A stretch of 63,975 nucleotides of DNA, filler included, from Lenisia limosa (lineage: Eukaryota > Protista > Breviatea): the NCBI GenBank assembly GCA_001655205.1. It is 15 parts of 15 records of this genome, joined end to end, with 100 filler letters (N's around TTAATTAATTAA, not from the genome) between each part and the next. Parts side by side here need not be neighbours in the genome. Positions count along the whole stretch, not along the records: positions 48,866 to 62,615 come from LPNZ01002081.1; positions 62,716 to 63,975 come from LPNZ01004252.1; 13 more parts are not named here. One strand, written 5' to 3'. The position numbers and the translations under genes were made by a program. Of the stretch, positions 60,690-63,975 are shown piece by piece. The notes under the pieces are model-generated. The model was given only the letters and a program-made list of their open reading frames with translations. It had not been told where the DNA came from and did no database searches. Position 1 is the first letter of the stretch. Each line of letters opens with the position of its first letter.

Positions 60690-62373
60690 TTATAAAAGAA
60701 GCCCTGGAAAGAGAGCGAGAGAGAGAGCAAGTTTCGCAGCAAAAGGCTATCTATTTAGCCAAGGAGGTTTCCTGTCTGCCCCTGCCCCCCCTACTAGTCC
60801 CAACACCGCCACCCCTTGGCTTGTGAGATGACAGCAGAAGGCATGGAACTCCCACCTTTCGAGCGGATGACAGATAACATTGCGTTCGTGAGTATTCTCT
60901 GTGGGGATAGGGAGAGTTCATAATGCCTTTTTTATTATTTGTATTGGGGGGGTGTTGCTTGATATATGAGAAGATACTTATCAGGGCAGGGAAATACAAG
61001 AACTCCGTGCAGTTACTTGAGAACTGTATTTGATTATCTTGAAGAGAAGCATATTGGAACAAGAACTCCATTTCCGACTCTTTAATTTAGTTTTGTCAAT
61101 TAATTTCTTTAAAACAATGTAATTGCACGGACTGAATGCACCCTCCCTGGAGAGTAACAGTGGAGTGTTGTGCGTTTAACTTCACAGGTTCGTTGATTGT
61201 ATGTGTGGTGTTGATGTTCAAATTGTTCGAGCCCCACCGAAGGAATGCACAATTTGTCACGCCGTCTTTCTACATTGTTCTCTATCTCAACTTAGTGGTG
61301 AGGATGGGCACAATTACCGCGTTTTTAATTTGAGGCTATCACCACCCAATATCATCTAGTATACTAGACTATTTGTGTTTATTAATCGGAATATGATACC
61401 TTCTATGAACACTGAAGCGAATTAAGTGAATGATTATCATCAATTGCTTCTTATTTTCTTGTTTCATGCATTTAGATGATATGGGGTCTATTCACACTGG
61501 TCCATCCGAAATACGCTGTCTTCATGAAACTCATTTTTGTTGAGCTTCTAGAAGGTGGGCATCTTATCATATAGCGGACCCAATTTGCAGAATTCTAATA
61601 ACACGTGTACACAGTTACACGTATTCTAATATCACGTAGAAAGTTGTACACAGAGTGTAAGGTCAATTATTATTGTTGTTATTGTTATTATTATTATTCG
61701 TCAGTATTGTTTACCCCTCCATTTATCTTGATCTGTCTTGTTTTAATAAACCCTCGTTTTTCGGAAATATTTTGTCAACTGAGTTGATTTCAAGTTTTTT
61801 TTTTTTCAATTTTTATTAGCATTTTCAAAATCGAAATTTCCTTCGTTTTACTCCCCTCCCCCAGGATTTGCCTTATATGGAGTCTTTTGCTTAAGTTGCT
61901 CGGGTCTTGCAATGGCTTTTTCCATGTTCAACCAGGTACCTGGGGCTTTGGCCAAGAAAGTTTGTCGTTTTTTTTCTTGTTTCTTATCTGTATATATATA
62001 TACCATATAGGATATTCTGCTGTTTCTTGATAAGGGGCTGGGGATCAAATCGAATTATATATTCTGTATTGTGATAATGTTTTGCTTAATCAATCTTTTC
62101 CAAATACATTCTGTGGAATAACTTTTCAGATCGCCTCGGTTGAGAAAACTTTGGTACTTCCAACCCCTAGAAGAAAAAAGAAAGATAATGATGGAAATGT
62201 GGGAGGGGGATAAGTGCATTTTTGATTATGTATGATTGCGTTGACATACTTCCATTCAGGTTATTGTTTTGGCAGATTTCAGGCTTTACGCAAATGATTA
62301 TTTTGACCGTTTTCAGGGAGCCACGGAGCGTCTTCTATCAAGCGAAGAAGGGTACCAAGATGAGCATCTAAAG
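60690..62373 (+). CDS. Multi-pass membrane protein, TMEM184/OST-alpha-like, partial. Exons about 60690-60766, 61188-61297, 61476-61554, 61865-61935, 62130-62198, 62317-62373
   Basis: GSLIVCVVLMFKLFEPHRRNAQFVTPSFYIVLYLNLV|MIWGLFTLVHPKYAVFMKLIFVELLE|GFALYGVFCLSCSGLAMAFSMFNQ resembles the P..Q..I..VP.Y...L..P.YA.Y....E.F..Y.F..L region of the family. Confidence 0.5.
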
Positions 62374-62754
62374 GTTGGTGGTTTTGGGTAGTATATATAG
62401 CAATTTCTGATATACACTATGATATACTATGTGTTTATTCCCGAAAAAATGGCCTCGGCCAAATACTTCCTTTCTTATTTTCCATCTCCAAAAAGCTATT
62501 TGTTCTTGAAAAAGCATACTCTGTGATTTTGATTGTAATATTGCTGTAACAGGCCGAAATAATGTCATGATTTAGAACTGCACTCTGAATGCCGCTCTAA
62601 AGAATTCCTGGAGACNNNNNNNNNNNNNNNNNNNNNNNNNNNNNNNNNNNNNNNNNNNNTTAATTAATTAANNNNNNNNNNNNNNNNNNNNNNNNNNNNN
62701 NNNNNNNNNNNNNNNACGACGACCAAAACAGAATCAAATTATAAATCATATGAC

Positions 62755-62853
62755 TAGGGCTTCACTTCGGTTCAAAAAAGACTGAATTTCTCGATAAATC
62801 TTCGAAAACTATCGATATTTTCCCAGTCTTTTTCGAACTGAAGTGGAGCCCTA
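62755..62853. mobile_element. MITE family B copy, close to consensus
   Basis: TAGGGCTTCACTTCGGTTCAAAA...TTTTCGAACTGAAGTGGAGCCCTA; TSD not clean. Confidence 0.9.
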
Positions 62854-62869
62854 GGCATAAGAAGTATCG

Positions 62870-63960
62870 CAAAACGAACCTTGAGCTCCCTGGCGAACTG
62901 TTATTTGAAAGGCTGTCACCTTCGACGCTTAATCCTACACGTGTCATGATGACAGATTCCATTGAAAAACAAAACAAAACAAAACAAAACAAAACAAAAC
63001 AAAACAAAACAAAACAAAACAAAANNNNNNNNNNNNNNNNNNNNNNNNNNNNNNNNNNNNNNNNNNNNNNNNNNNNNNNNNNNNNNNNNNNNNNNNNNNN
63101 NNNNNNNNNNNNNNNNNNNNNNNNNNNNNNNNNNNNNNNNNNNNNNNNNNNNNNNNNNNNNNNNNNNNNNNNNNNNNNNNNNNNNNNNNNNNNNNNNNNN
63201 NNNNNNNNNNNNNNNNNNNNNNNNNNNNNNNNNNNNNNNNNNNNNNNNNNNNNNNNNNNNNNNNNNNNNACGTCGTTTGTCTGGGAGGATGGGGTGAGAT
63301 GGGTGGGGCCATCGGAATAGTCAAATTCGGATGTGAAGGTTCTTGATTGTACAAAAGTTTCTCAAACAAATTCTGATATGAAACATCTGGATTGTCAAAA
63401 AGATCCTCAGATAAATTCTGATATGAAAAAGGATGACGAGTTGTAATACCAAGACCACATCTAGGGCTTCACTTCGGCTCATAAATCCTCGATAATTATC
63501 GATATTTTACAGGATTTTTTCGAACCGAATGTGAAACTCTTGCCACATCCCAGCATACTGGAGACGATGACAAGCTTTTGGAGATAAACGTATGAGAGCG
63601 TGACAACTAAGAATGTGAACGCTTTTAAAAATTCAAAGATAAGTAGCACGAGAGCTAAGAACAATCAAAGATAAGTAGAATAAAATTAATATAAGATCAG
63701 AATCACACACATTTGGAAGGGATTTTTCATGAATATTTTTGAGGGTAATTATAATGAATATACAACTTGCATTCTGAGCGGAAATCTCCTGTAGCATATG
63801 CTATGTATACAACTCACATCTGGAGAGGATAATTACTAAATATTTTACTCACATTTGGGGCGACGGTGACGTTATCAATGACAACTGGTGCGGAGGCCCC
63901 TGAACCAAGAATACGTTTTCGGGCTAACATTGAGTCTGATGATGGCATTCGGGCGACTAC
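62870..63960 (-). CDS. Exon-like segments of an unknown minus-strand gene
   Basis: Poly-C..CCGTAG acceptor at about 63960, exon ARMPSSDSMLARKRILGSGASAPVVIDNVTVAPN with GTGAGT donor at about 63850; further segment GLSVEGDSLSNNSSPGSS at about 62935-62880. Confidence 0.35.
62965..63024. repeat. (AAAAC)n microsatellite running into a gap
   Basis: Perfect pentanucleotide run. Confidence 0.95.
63462..63541. mobile_element. MITE family B copy
   Basis: TAGGGCTTCACTTCGG...CCGAATGTGAAACTCTT; TSD ACCACATC / GCCACATC (7/8). Confidence 0.88.
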
Positions 63961-63975
63961 GGTGGGGGGGGGGGG

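Noticed and set aside
62755-62853. MITE B as a Tc1/mariner (TA-TSD) element
   Set aside because: The terminal TA belongs to the TIR; several copies show 8-bp duplications outside it, indicating hAT.
62762-63369. FVLFC/KQNKT-repeat ORFs
   Set aside because: Translations of the (AAAAC)n microsatellite plus an N gap.

Overview
Eukaryotic, AT-rich, intron-dense draft sequence, probably from a free-living protist (the lineage is inference only). It is a mosaic of contigs joined by 14 identical 100-bp artificial linkers (44N-TTAATTAATTAA-44N), so neighbourhood across linkers is unreliable. Genes had to be spliced by eye because the ORF track is mostly uninformative here. Well-supported genes: a two-EH-domain endocytic protein; a PRP8 fragment with five 25-35-nt introns; a Golgi type-II carbohydrate sulfotransferase; a DNA polymerase delta catalytic-subunit fragment; and a giant type-I surface protein (signal peptide, 42-aa STIG1-like repeats, about 20 68-aa Cys repeats, a putative ZP-like ectodomain, TM, short tail). 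Less certain: an ephrin-receptor-like/filamin-like protein, a secreted fibrinogen-related-domain-like protein, a SPICE1-like N-terminus, a TMEM184/OST-alpha-like protein and several unknown genes. Introns carry several dispersed repeat families, including a hAT-type MITE with demonstrable 8-bp target-site duplications. The most unusual signal is intron architecture. One repeat family (C) is in the host-gene sense orientation in every copy I could orient, usually ends at the branch point/3' splice site, and in one case makes up nearly a whole intron. A second family (D) sits mirror-wise at 5' and 3' intron ends. Long introns tend to begin with G-runs and end with C-runs. Together these suggest an introner-like or splice-site-associated mobile system. 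I found no rRNA, tRNA or CRISPR array.
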